Positions 7,701-15,423 of a DNA stretch of 42,364 bases are shown piece after piece. This stretch comes from Kiritimatiellia bacterium. GTDB lineage: Bacteria; Verrucomicrobiota; Kiritimatiellia; RFP12; DVOR01. Location of the stretch: positions 1 to 42,364 of the forward strand of contig JBJFGP010000174.1 in the NCBI GenBank assembly GCA_051892815.1, in the 5' to 3' direction. The notes under the pieces are model-generated. The model was not told the origin of the DNA and made no database searches. It saw only the letters and a program-made list of their open reading frames with translations. A program made the translations under genes and the position numbers. Position 1 is the stretch's first letter, and every line of letters starts with the position of its first letter.

Positions 7701-9054
7701 GCAGAAACAGCGGAACAAACGCCAGCACGATAATCGCTACCGAACAAAGCACACTCGGAAACACTTCTGCCACCGCATTCGCAACCACCTCCCGCCGCGA
7801 CAGATACCCCCCTTCGTCAAGCCTTCTGCGTATCGCCTCGGCAAAGACAATGCCCGAGTCGACAATGTCTCCAGCCGCAACAGCCACCCCACCCAATGTC
7901 ATCACATCCACCCCAATCCCAAGCACCGGAAAGAGCGAAACACCCGCCAGAACCGTCAGAAAAAGCGACGCCAAAACCACCAGAATCGAACGCCATTTCA
8001 GGAGCGTCAGAGCCAATACCACCAGCACGATCCAAAGCGTGTCCCGGAGGATTCCGCGCACACCCCGGAGCGACGTTTCTATGAAGTCCGCCTGGCGGTA
8101 GGCGGCAGGTTCGACAGTCAGTCGTGCGCCATTCCGGGCGGCGAAGGAAGCCAGCACCGAGTCGATTTTCCGCGTTAGTTCGAGGGTGTTTCCACCGGGC
8201 GTTTTCTGCACGGAGAGGAGTACCGCTTCAGCGGAATCGAGGCTAGCAGAACCCCTTCTGGGTGCGCCCGAAAGGGTGACATCAGCGGCTTGTCGGAGTC
8301 GGAGAGAAGGGCTCAAAGGGAGGTCGCGGAGGGCTTCGAGCGTCTCTACCCGGGCGGTTTGTTCGAGGGGGATTTCTTCAGACCTGTCGTCCGGAAGGTA
8401 GCCTGCGACGGGGCGCGAGAGGGCGGCACGAAGGGTATCGGCGAGTTGGTCTGGGCGGATGCCGAGGGAAGCCAGGCGGATGGGGGTGGTGTTGATTCGA
8501 TATTCGGGAAGGGCACCGCCCATGACGGCGACTTCGCCGACACCTGGGATGGCGAGGAGTTGGGGCCTGAGGTCGTATTCGGCTCGTTCGCGCAGGTCGA
8601 GGAGGTTGGCATCTTTTGTTGGAATCAGTGCGATGAGTTGGATCTCGCCGGTGACTGCCAATGGGGGTGCGATCTCGGGTTTGGCCTCTGGGGGGAGGTC
8701 GGTTTGGAGGCGTGCGAGGCGTTCGTAGAGGCGGGTTCGGGCGCGGTCCAGGTTTTCGCGCCAGTCGAGGTCGATGGTGATGATGGAGAGTCCGATGGTG
8801 GAGGAGCTGCGGATGGTGCGGACTTGGCCGATTCCGTAGGCGGCGGTCTCGAGGATTCGTGTGACGCGCTGTTCGGTTTCGGCGGCGGTGAGTCCGGGGG
8901 CTTCGGTCTGGAGAACGAGTCGCGGGGGTTGGATGTCGGGGAAGATGTCGACGGGCAGCCCGCGCAGTCCCAGGAGGCCGGCGAGGGCTACGGCGGCTAG
9001 GGCTGCGAGGGTGGTCTTGGGGTGGTCGAGGAGGGGTGCAAGGAGGGGGCGCAT
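4765..9054 (-). CDS. RND efflux permease (heavy-metal CzcA/CusA-like, aa 1 to ~1010) fused in frame to an outer-membrane factor (TolC/CzcC-like lipoprotein, aa ~1015-1429)
   Basis: 1429-aa uninterrupted ORF. The N-terminus reads ...LPVDIFPDIQPPRLVLQTEAPGLTAAETEQRVT, and 12-TM RND topology is apparent. An internal lipobox ALLACLPILLAGC has its Cys codon at 5965..5967. It is followed by about 399 aa of OMF-like sequence. Confidence 0.85.
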   Translation of the reverse strand: MRPLLAPLLDHPKTTLAALAAVALAGLLGLRGLPVDIFPDIQPPRLVLQTEAPGLTAAETEQRVTRILETAAYGIGQVRTIRSSSTIGLSIITIDLDWRENLDRARTRLYERLARLQTDLPPEAKPEIAPPLAVTGEIQLIALIPTKDANLLDLRERAEYDLRPQLLAIPGVGEVAVMGGALPEYRINTTPIRLASLGIRPDQLADTLRAALSRPVAGYLPDDRSEEIPLEQTARVETLEALRDLPLSPSLRLRQAADVTLSGAPRRGSASLDSAEAVLLSVQKTPGGNTLELTRKIDSVLASFAARNGARLTVEPAAYRQADFIETSLRGVRGILRDTLWIVLVVLALTLLKWRSILVVLASLFLTVLAGVSLFPVLGIGVDVMTLGGVAVAAGDIVDSGIVFAEAIRRRLDEGGYLSRREVVANAVAEVFPSVLCSVAIIVLAFVPLFLLPGLEGRFFKPLGKAYLALLGASFAVAVVVVPCLSLLLEGGSGGGVSKGRAPLMRLLDRLYAPCLECSIRHPILTLIPVLLLAVWSASLATRLGTSFLPPLHEPTLNVLLSLSPSASLPEAERTARHAGRVLSSIPGVGKVVRRTGRAERDQHAEPVSSTEFIVHLDGDASAVRQAIRERLGSIPGASVMVGYPIEHRISAILSGTEAELAVNLYCEDPNRLRAAVQTLKPLIASVPGIADIRANREATGRTLRIDYDPAALAAEGMNLRDAGIQISAAYRSLPVGTILANQSRREVAIRLADDSSQTERDLRRFTFVGGRGQPVPFASVATLRAEEAPLMLLRENGRRKALISCNLDGKASSGQVVQTLLQRLQPAAQNLGCDLTLTGSHEARQSATRTLLLASAALLALILALLTLSLGRLRHALLALVNLPLALIGGILAARLAHTSLSVSALVGFVTVTGFALRNGLLLLNALLQRLDQGQPLPRALREGARERLAPIIMTTLTTLLGLIPLMLSADTPGGELLAPLATVQFGGILGALLLNQLVLPALVILTERTPKVPTTALLACLPILLAGCIAYHPAQLDLQTRSDQWRPARITLQTPADAARTALIGNPELSLARTKLAHTRKAAQASGYWADPDLSFDLLRIAQPSDHPFLFGAGIGLVLPISGTPSLQRRAREMYTQAERLALQSAELSTSNAAVRAWLRLKGIRRRRETVVDYLGSDRLASLLSAVDHLSQAGELSKGTASSVRRRHHERQHLAQELREKEAEAEADLKRLLGLHPGSEIALDEGIPALPRGPLKLPAALDLVRHPEVLAAMGRLGASEAELRLEVRRQYPEVSLSPLYEREDGSDRLGFGVGVSLPIWNRNRLAIAEATGRREVSLEEVAMCWKRRVSAAAEVAGKVSRLLAHRPAAGVLDPWGLYRSGEVDAVGCFELMEERLEGALSELSWSDSLLDAAAELGYACWLEEVER

Positions 9055-9254
9055 CAGTCGCGTTCTCTGGTGTTTTTGCGGGTGCGGAGATGGCGATGGC
9101 GGCGGCAGAGGGTATGGGTCTTGGGGGGCGTGTCGCGGGCATCGGCGGGTCGGATTTCGACCTTTGCGGCGGGGGCGTTGGTGGTTGGGTTCTCGGCCTT
9201 TGCGGTGCAGGTGGCGAGGGTGAGGAGGAGTAGGGTAAGGGCAATGGGTTTCAT
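9054..9254 (-). CDS. small putative lipoprotein (66 aa)
   Basis: MKPIALTLLLLTLATC carries a lipobox. Third positions are GC-rich, and the stop overlaps the RND start as TGATG (translational coupling). The basic C-terminus includes CRRHRH. Confidence 0.5.
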   Translation of the reverse strand: MKPIALTLLLLTLATCTAKAENPTTNAPAAKVEIRPADARDTPPKTHTLCRRHRHLRTRKNTRERD

Positions 9255-9324
9255 ATCCGTTCTGCTTTGGGGTGTGGAGGGTTGGCTCCTGCCGGTTGGC
9301 GGGAGGCGGTTGCAGAACGGGGTG

Positions 9325-9720
9325 TCAGGCGAGCGGGCAGAGTCTCGTGGCGTAGGTGCGGTAGTGGTCGCCGGGGGGGGCGGCGGGCTGGTGGGCGCGG
9401 GGGATTGGGGCGGGCTCGCGGGGGGTGGCGATGAGGCAGGCGATTGGGGGATGGGAGGGCGCGGGCAGGCCGAGGTGGTGCTGCTCGACGGGGTGGGTCG
9501 GCTGGCTGTGGAGGATGAGGTGGGTGCAGGGGTCGCCGGCCTGGAGGGTGGTGTGCGCGGGGGCGGTTTCGCCGCCGCAGTCGTGGCATTCTCTGCCGCA
9601 TCCGTCGGGGTCCGGGTTGCAGAGGCAGAGGGCGCGCGCGGTCAACGGCGCGGCGAGGAGGGTCGCCGCGGCGAGGAGCGTGGCCAAGGCCTTTTTCAAC
9701 CAGTTCCCTTTGGATTCCAT
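9325..9720 (-). CDS. secreted Cys/His-rich small protein, putative periplasmic metal-binding accessory
   Basis: Signal peptide KKALATLLAAATLLAAPLTARA, then LCLCNPDPDGCGRECHDCGG and several His residues. Third positions are GC-rich. A canonical promoter lies directly upstream. Confidence 0.55.
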   Translation of the reverse strand: MESKGNWLKKALATLLAAATLLAAPLTARALCLCNPDPDGCGRECHDCGGETAPAHTTLQAGDPCTHLILHSQPTHPVEQHHLGLPAPSHPPIACLIATPREPAPIPRAHQPAAPPGDHYRTYATRLCPLA

Positions 9721-9726
9721 ACCTTC

Positions 9727-9755
9727 ACTCTAGCATTTCCGGCGGGGGATGTCAA
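9727..9755 (-). promoter_or_regulatory. sigma70-like promoter TTGACA (9755..9750) - 17 nt - TAGAGT (9732..9727)
   Basis: The -10 hexamer ends 6 nt before the A of ATG 9720. The transcript would therefore be leaderless or nearly so. Confidence 0.5.
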
Positions 9756-9797
9756 GCCTGCACCGGCGGGGGCCGGGCGGGCGGAGGCGGGGGCAGT

Positions 9798-9886
9798 GGG
9801 TAGGCACCTTTGGGGTCGACGGGTTGCAACCTTTCGGGGGCTGAGGTGGGCACCTTCGGGGGCGGGAGGTATCAACCTTTCAGATC
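9798..9886. repeat. tandem array, 4 units, exact 23-bp period (G-rich orientation on plus strand)
   Basis: ACCTT anchors at 9806, 9829, 9852 and 9875. Unit cores are GGTAGGCACC, GGTTGCAACC, GGTGGGCACC and GGTATCAACC. Confidence 0.9.
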
Positions 9887-10453
9887 GAGAGATTGGTAGG
9901 CGGCGATGGTCCGCTCGAACAGTTCGTCGAGCGTCCAGCCCAAGAGATTGGCGCCGCGGGCGATAACCTCCCGGGAGCATCCGGCGGCGAACTTGCGGTC
10001 TTTGAACTTCTTGCGGACGCTCTTGAGGTTGAGGTCCGCCGCGCACTTCGAGGGGTACATCAGCACGATGGCCCCGAGCAGCCCCGTCAGCTCGTCCACC
10101 GCGTAGAGCACCCGCTCCATCGGATGCTCCGGGGCGATGTCGTTGACGATGGCATAGCCGTGCGACGCCACCGCGCGGGCGACCGACTCCTCAACTCCCG
10201 CCTCCTTCAGAAGCGCCAGTGAGCGGGCACAGTGCTCCTGCGGCCAGAGCTCGAAGTCGATATCGTGCAGCAGCCCCACAATCCCCCAATACTCCTCCTC
10301 CGCGCCAAACCCGAGCGCCCGCGCAAACCAACGCATCGTCCCCTCCACCGTCCGCGCATGGAGCAGATGGAACGGCTCCTTGTTGTAGCGCAGAAACAGT
10401 TCCCACGCCGCCGCGCGCGACAGCCGAGTCGATCGGATCATCGATTCATTCAT
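9872..10453 (-). CDS. HD-domain metal-dependent phosphohydrolase
   Basis: 193 aa with GLLHDIDFE (HD motif) and downstream His/Asp residues. ATGA overlap with the upstream gene. Confidence 0.8.
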   Translation of the reverse strand: MNESMIRSTRLSRAAAWELFLRYNKEPFHLLHARTVEGTMRWFARALGFGAEEEYWGIVGLLHDIDFELWPQEHCARSLALLKEAGVEESVARAVASHGYAIVNDIAPEHPMERVLYAVDELTGLLGAIVLMYPSKCAADLNLKSVRKKFKDRKFAAGCSREVIARGANLLGWTLDELFERTIAAYQSLDLKG

Positions 10454-11649
10454 CCTCCAAACTCCCGTTCCAGAAACGCCCCCGTCCGCGCAAGCGCTTC
10501 CTCAAGCCGCGCCCGCGGGCAAGCCAGATTCACCCGCAAATACGCCGTCCCCGGAGGCTCGCCAAAGATGGCCCCGGGCGAAAACTTCACCCCCGACTCC
10601 TGCTCCAACCGGCGCGCCAGTTCCGTCGACGAAACCCCAAGGCTCGAACACTCCACCCACCCCAGATAAGTCGACTCCATCCGCCCCACCGCAAGCCCCA
10701 GCCCGACCCCGTGGCAAAACCCCTCCAGCACCCCCCAATTCCCGCCAATGTAGGCGCAAAGTTCGTCCAGCCACCCCCCGCAGAAACGCCACGCCGCCTC
10801 CGAAGCAACCAGACCGAACAGGTTCGGCTCGACCGCGCGATTCAGCCGCAGGACCCTGCCAATCCGCTCCCTTGCCGCCTCATCCGGACACACCACCGCG
10901 GCCGCCTGAAGCCCCGCCAGATTGAACGCCTTCGAGGCCGAATGAAAACTCGCCCCCACCCGCCCGATACCATCCCCAAGCGACAGAAAAGGCACATGCG
11001 CCGACCCCGCCATCTGCAAATCCCCGTGGATCTCGTCGCTCGCCACAAACACCCCATGCCGCCTGCACAACTCCCCCACCCGCGCCAACTCCGCCAAGCG
11101 CCACGAACGCCCCGCCGGATTGTGCGGATTCGAAAGAATCAACAGCTTCGTACGCCCATCCGCCAGCTTCCGCTCCAAATCCCCGAAGTCCATCCGATAG
11201 GTGAAATCACCCTCCTTCCCGCCCGGGAGCGGCACCCGCCGAAGCCGATTTTCCTCCACATAGCAACCCTGCTCGCGGATCACATCGTAGAAACAATTGT
11301 AGACCGGAGGTTGGATTACCACGCTGTCGCCGGGATTGCAGAAAGCCCTCACCGTAGCCGCGAGAGCCGGCACCACGCCCGAGCACGCAATGACCGACTC
11401 CGTGCCCACCCGCAGCCCGTGGCGGTGCCAAAGCCACTGGACCAGCGCTTCCTTCCACCGGGGCGGGACGAGCGTATATCCGAAGAGGCCCGATTCCAAT
11501 CTCCGCCTCAAAGCCTCGACTATCTCCGGGGCCGCGCGGAAGTCCATGTCGGCGACCCAAAGCGGCAAGACATCTGCCCGTTCGGGTGCGTCCCATTTGA
11601 GGCTGTCGGTGCCGCGCCGCGGGAGTAGTTCGTTGAAGTCAAAGGCCAT
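10450..11649 (-). CDS. patB: PLP-dependent C-S lyase (MalY/PatB-type cystathionine beta-lyase)
   Basis: MAFDFNELLPRRGTDSLKWD..., NPHNPAGR, and SASKAFNLAGL (PLP lysine). Start set at ATG 11649. Confidence 0.85.
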   Translation of the reverse strand: MAFDFNELLPRRGTDSLKWDAPERADVLPLWVADMDFRAAPEIVEALRRRLESGLFGYTLVPPRWKEALVQWLWHRHGLRVGTESVIACSGVVPALAATVRAFCNPGDSVVIQPPVYNCFYDVIREQGCYVEENRLRRVPLPGGKEGDFTYRMDFGDLERKLADGRTKLLILSNPHNPAGRSWRLAELARVGELCRRHGVFVASDEIHGDLQMAGSAHVPFLSLGDGIGRVGASFHSASKAFNLAGLQAAAVVCPDEAARERIGRVLRLNRAVEPNLFGLVASEAAWRFCGGWLDELCAYIGGNWGVLEGFCHGVGLGLAVGRMESTYLGWVECSSLGVSSTELARRLEQESGVKFSPGAIFGEPPGTAYLRVNLACPRARLEEALARTGAFLEREFGG

Positions 11650-12772
11650 TGGCGATACCTTTCTCCGCGCCCCGGATGCGCCCATCCCAGGTCTTGAAGA
11701 CGACTTCCTGTCCGTGCCGGCGGATGGCGGCGTAGACCTCGTTTGGCGGGCGGGAATCGTTCAGGAGGAACTGGGCAATGTCTCCAGATGGTTCGGCGTA
11801 GCCGCCCGGGGTGGTACGCGAGCCGGCGCTCATGTTGTCGGCGGCATCGAGGACGATTCGGTCTCTGAATTCGGGGCTTTCGCGGGTTGAAACGGTCATG
11901 GCGCATTGGGGGAATGCGATGCGGAAGGCGAGCATCAGCTGTTCGAGTTCGTGCTCGCCGACTTCGCAGGGGGGAAGGAATCCGCCCTCGACGCGGCACA
12001 AACGTGGGAAGGCGAATTGTATCTTGGACTGGGGGCATTCGCGCATCAGATAGAGGGCGTGCGCGGCCAGGCTGGCGGCCTCTTCGCGCCAGGGGGCGAG
12101 GCCGAGGAGGAAGGCGCAGCCGAGGGTTCGGAAGCCTGCGCGTCCGGCGCGGAGTTGGGTTTCGAGGCGCCAGGTGTAGTCGCTCTTTGGGCCGGCGGGG
12201 TGCATCCGGCGGTAGCAGGCGGGGTCGTAGGTTTCCTGGAAGCAGACGAGTCCTTCGTACCCGGCGGCGAAGAGTTGGCGGTAGGCGTTCTCGCTTTGGG
12301 GGGCGACTTCGAGGAGGAGGTTTGAGAAGCGGCTGGCGAGGAGTCTGCCGACCTCGGCGAGGTGTTCGACGGTGTTGACGAGGGGGTCTTCTCCGGCGAC
12401 GACGAGTACGGTGTCGAGGCCGGCCCGCTTGAGCGCGTCGGCCTCCCGGCCAATCTCCGCAAGGGTGAGGTTCCTGCGGGCGAGTCCTTTGCGCCGCTGG
12501 CTGAAGTCGCAGTAGAGGCAGGAGTTGACGCAGGTGTTGCCGATGTAGAGCGGGGCGTAGACGCTGACGGTCCGGCCGTAGTGGCGCAGGCGCGCGAGCC
12601 GGGCCTTTTCGCGCATGGCTCCGAGGAATGAGGCGGCTTGGGGGCTAATCAGGTTGAGCAGGTCGAACCAGCCGGGGCGGACCTTCCGGAGCGAATCGGA
12701 GATAGTTTCCTCCGTCACCGAAAGGAAGTAATCTCCGAGTTCCTGTCGTGTGTACCTCAGATGGGGAAACAT
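11639..12772 (-). CDS. thiH: 2-iminoacetate synthase ThiH (radical SAM tyrosine lyase)
   Basis: Start trimmed to ATG 12772 (MFPHLRYTRQEL...). CVNSCLYCDF is the CxxxCxxC motif. About 377 aa, so it lacks a HydG-type C-terminal extension. It follows thiG. Confidence 0.85.
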   Translation of the reverse strand: MFPHLRYTRQELGDYFLSVTEETISDSLRKVRPGWFDLLNLISPQAASFLGAMREKARLARLRHYGRTVSVYAPLYIGNTCVNSCLYCDFSQRRKGLARRNLTLAEIGREADALKRAGLDTVLVVAGEDPLVNTVEHLAEVGRLLASRFSNLLLEVAPQSENAYRQLFAAGYEGLVCFQETYDPACYRRMHPAGPKSDYTWRLETQLRAGRAGFRTLGCAFLLGLAPWREEAASLAAHALYLMRECPQSKIQFAFPRLCRVEGGFLPPCEVGEHELEQLMLAFRIAFPQCAMTVSTRESPEFRDRIVLDAADNMSAGSRTTPGGYAEPSGDIAQFLLNDSRPPNEVYAAIRRHGQEVVFKTWDGRIRGAEKGIANGL

Positions 12773-12791
12773 GCCTACCTCCCGGAACTGG

Positions 12792-13556
12792 TCATACGAA
12801 CAAATCCCCCGGACTCGTCGCCGAAGCCGTCGCGCGCGGCGCCGCAGGACGCGCCCCGATCGCCAGTTCCGCCGAGCGCACCGCCAGCGCGAAAGCCTCC
12901 GCCATCCGAACCGGATCGCCCGCCGCGGCGATGGCCGTGTTGGCCAGCACCGCGTCGGCCCCGAGTTCAATCGCCTCGGCCGCGTGCGACGGCAGCCCCA
13001 AGCCCGCGTCGACCACCACCGGCACGCGGCTCTGCTCGACGATGATGCCAATCATCTCCCGCGTCACCAGCCCGAGACTCGACCCGATTGGAGCCCCCAG
13101 CGGCATCACCGCCGCGGCCCCCGCCTCCTCGCAGCGGCGCGCCAGGACCGGATCCGCGTTGATGTACGGCAGCGCCACCAGCCCAAGCCTCGAACACCCT
13201 TCGACCGCCTTGAGCGTCTCGACCGGATCGGGCAGGAGATAGCGCGCATCCGGGTGCACCTCGACCTTGATCCAGCGGAACCCGGCCGCCTTCCCGATGC
13301 GCGCAATCCGCAGCGCCTCCTCCGCATTCCGCGCCCCCGCCGTATTCAGCGCAACCGTCAGGCGCGAACGGTCAATCGCCCCCAGAATCGGGTCGCCTGC
13401 CGCCTCATTCTCCCGCACCCTCGCCAGCGCGACAGTCACCAGTTCCGTCCCGCTGGCTTCAATCGCCGCGCGCATCTGTTCGCACCCCGAAAACTTCCCC
13501 GTGCCCAGGAAAATGCGGCTCGAAAAGCTTCGGCCCGCAATCGTCAAAGGTTTCAT
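12792..13556 (-). CDS. thiG: thiazole synthase ThiG
   Basis: 254 aa: MKPLTIAGRSFSSRIFLGTGKF..., VMPLGAPIGS, and VVVDAGLGLPSHAAEAIELGADAVLANTAIA. Confidence 0.95.
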   Translation of the reverse strand: MKPLTIAGRSFSSRIFLGTGKFSGCEQMRAAIEASGTELVTVALARVRENEAAGDPILGAIDRSRLTVALNTAGARNAEEALRIARIGKAAGFRWIKVEVHPDARYLLPDPVETLKAVEGCSRLGLVALPYINADPVLARRCEEAGAAAVMPLGAPIGSSLGLVTREMIGIIVEQSRVPVVVDAGLGLPSHAAEAIELGADAVLANTAIAAAGDPVRMAEAFALAVRSAELAIGARPAAPRATASATSPGDLFV

Positions 13557-14156
13557 CTAGAGCGGTTCTCCCAAAATCAGCGACACCACGGCATTGGCCT
13601 GCATCGCCGCCGCGATGCCAACCCTCGGACTCGACGGAGCCACCCCCTCGCCCACCCCGCTGGCACCGTCCCCGACCAGGCCAAGGTTCCTCCCCACCCG
13701 CCTCGTACGCCCCTCCCCCGAGCGCCCCCACCCGGCAATCCCGCTCGCCGCAACCACCAGTTTCCCCGCCGGAAGCAAACACTCCAGCAGCAGAGATTTC
13801 GCCCCCGCCGCGTCAAAAGCCTCAACCACCAGGTCGCATTCCGAGAAGATGACGGGGATGTTCGCAGCCTCCAGCCGGACCGCGCGCAACTCCAGATCCA
13901 AGTCCGGTTCAATCCGCCGGAGATTCTCCGCCAAAGCCTCGACCTTCACCATTCCCAACTGGTCGCGGAAGAAAAACTGACGGTTCAAATTCCTCGCCTC
14001 CACCCTGTCAAAGTCCGCCAAAACAAGCCTCCTCACCCCCGCACGGACGAGATGCGCGGCACAGTTCGAACCCAACCCGCCGGCCCCGGCGATGCCCACC
14101 TTCGCCCCCTCCAGCAACGCCCGCTCGCGACTGTCCAGATAGAGATTCGCCGCCAC
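13557..14156 (-). CDS. thiF: ThiF-family adenylyltransferase (short form, about 199 aa)
   Basis: VGIAGAGGLGS (nucleotide-binding loop) and DFDRVEARNLNRQ. GTG start, located between thiS and thiG. Confidence 0.85.
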   Translation of the reverse strand: MAANLYLDSRERALLEGAKVGIAGAGGLGSNCAAHLVRAGVRRLVLADFDRVEARNLNRQFFFRDQLGMVKVEALAENLRRIEPDLDLELRAVRLEAANIPVIFSECDLVVEAFDAAGAKSLLLECLLPAGKLVVAASGIAGWGRSGEGRTRRVGRNLGLVGDGASGVGEGVAPSSPRVGIAAAMQANAVVSLILGEPL

Positions 14157-14159
14157 TGC

Positions 14160-14357
14160 CTAGCCTCCCGAGACGATGTCGAAAAGGTTGAGATCCGCCC
14201 CCTCCTCCAGCACGAGCCGGTCCAGTTGCTCCCTGCCGCAGTAGACCTCTCCCTTGTATTCCGCGATGGCCGTTTCGGGCAGATTCCGCTCCCGGAGAAA
14301 CGCACCGACCGTCCCGGCGGAAGTCTGCGTCTGATGCCCTTGGTACCAAATCGTCAT
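14160..14357 (-). CDS. thiS: sulfur carrier protein ThiS
   Basis: 65 aa, MTIWYQGHQTQ...LFDIVSGG, with a C-terminal Gly-Gly. AGGAA Shine-Dalgarno upstream of ATG 14357. Confidence 0.85.
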   Translation of the reverse strand: MTIWYQGHQTQTSAGTVGAFLRERNLPETAIAEYKGEVYCGREQLDRLVLEEGADLNLFDIVSGG

Positions 14358-14367
14358 ATCCGTTCCT

Positions 14368-15423
14368 TCATTCCTTTTCGATGATTCCGCCGCAGAGGAC
14401 GACCCCTTGGTCGGAATAGACCACGGCCGACTGGCCTGGCGCGACGCCGGTGAATCCAATGCTGGATTCGATGACGCCGCCGTCAAAGACCGCGGGCCCG
14501 AGAGGCGTTCCGTACGAGCGGATTTTCACGCGGCAAGCGACGGAGCCGGTAGGCTGCGCCATCCCCTGCCAGTTGATTTCCCCGATGCGGAACCTGCTTG
14601 TGCGCAGTTCGCTTTGACGCCCGACAATGACCTGGTTGGTGTCCGGCAGGATGTCCAGGACATACCAAGGTTCGCCGCCGCCGGAAAGCCCCAGTCCGTG
14701 CCGCTGGCCGATTGTGTAGTGCCAGTATCCGTGGTGGGTTCCGAGGAGTTTGCCGTCCGACGAAAGGATGGTTCCCGGCTCATCGGGGGCTCCGAGGAGT
14801 TCATCGGCGTCGCCCGAATAGAAGTCTTGCGAGTCGCTTTTTTCCGCCATTGGAAGGCCGGCCTGGCGGGCAATCTGCCGCACCTCCTGTTTATCGAGCC
14901 AGCCGAGCGGGAAGGCAATCTTTTCGAGTTGCGGCTGGGAAAGTTTCCAGAGAAAGTAGCTTTGGTCCTTGCGGCGGTCTGCGGCTTGGGCGACGGCGAG
15001 GCGTCCGTTGCTGCGGACGAGGCGGGCGTAATGTCCGGTGGCGAACCGGTCGAACGAACCGTCGAGGCTCGCGGCGCAGTCGGGAAGGAGCCCGAACTTG
15101 AGTTTGGCGTTGCAGACGACGCAGGGATTGGGGGTTCTGCCGGCAAGGCGTTCGCGGCGGAAGTGTTCGAGCACGAGGCGCTCATAGGCGTCGGAAAGGT
15201 CGACGACGCGCAGTGGGATGGCGAGGCGTTCGGCGAGTTCTCCGGCGGCCTTGATGTCCTCTTTTTCGCCCGGTCCGAAACAGGCGTCTCGGGGGCCGCC
15301 CTTGTAGCGGCCGTCGCGCCAGAGGCTCATGGTGACGCCGACGACTTCGTGTCCGGCGGCCTTGAGCAGGTAGGCGGCGACGGCGGAGTCGACACCGCCG
15401 GAAAGGGCGACGGCGACTCTCAT
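14368..15423 (-). CDS. mnmA: tRNA-specific 2-thiouridylase MnmA
   Basis: Start at ATG 15423. [15 protein letters not shown] is the PP-loop. Also NPCVVCN and DQSYFLW. ATGA overlap with the upstream gene. Confidence 0.9.
   Translation of the reverse strand: MRVAVALSGGVDSAVAAYLLKAAGHEVVGVTMSLWRDGRYKGGPRDACFGPGEKEDIKAAGELAERLAIPLRVVDLSDAYERLVLEHFRRERLAGRTPNPCVVCNAKLKFGLLPDCAASLDGSFDRFATGHYARLVRSNGRLAVAQAADRRKDQSYFLWKLSQPQLEKIAFPLGWLDKQEVRQIARQAGLPMAEKSDSQDFYSGDADELLGAPDEPGTILSSDGKLLGTHHGYWHYTIGQRHGLGLSGGGEPWYVLDILPDTNQVIVGRQSELRTSRFRIGEINWQGMAQPTGSVACRVKIRSYGTPLGPAVFDGGVIESSIGFTGVAPGQSAVVYSDQGVVLCGGIIEKE

Noticed and set aside
5963-9966. ORFs 5963..6865 (+), 6877..8178 (+), 8290..9000 (+), 8378..9244 (-) and 9022..9966 (+), overlapping the RND gene
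   Set aside because: They show Arg/Gly/Pro-rich composition with no recognisable motifs, and they sit antisense or out of frame relative to a 1429-aa ORF with clear RND/OMF features.
11639-12772. Reading the ThiH-like gene as HydG, which together with the HydE-like gene would form a hydrogenase maturation pair
   Set aside because: The protein has only about 377 aa and lacks the HydG C-terminal Fe-S extension. It sits directly after thiS-thiF-thiG, and no hydF or hydA is in the window.
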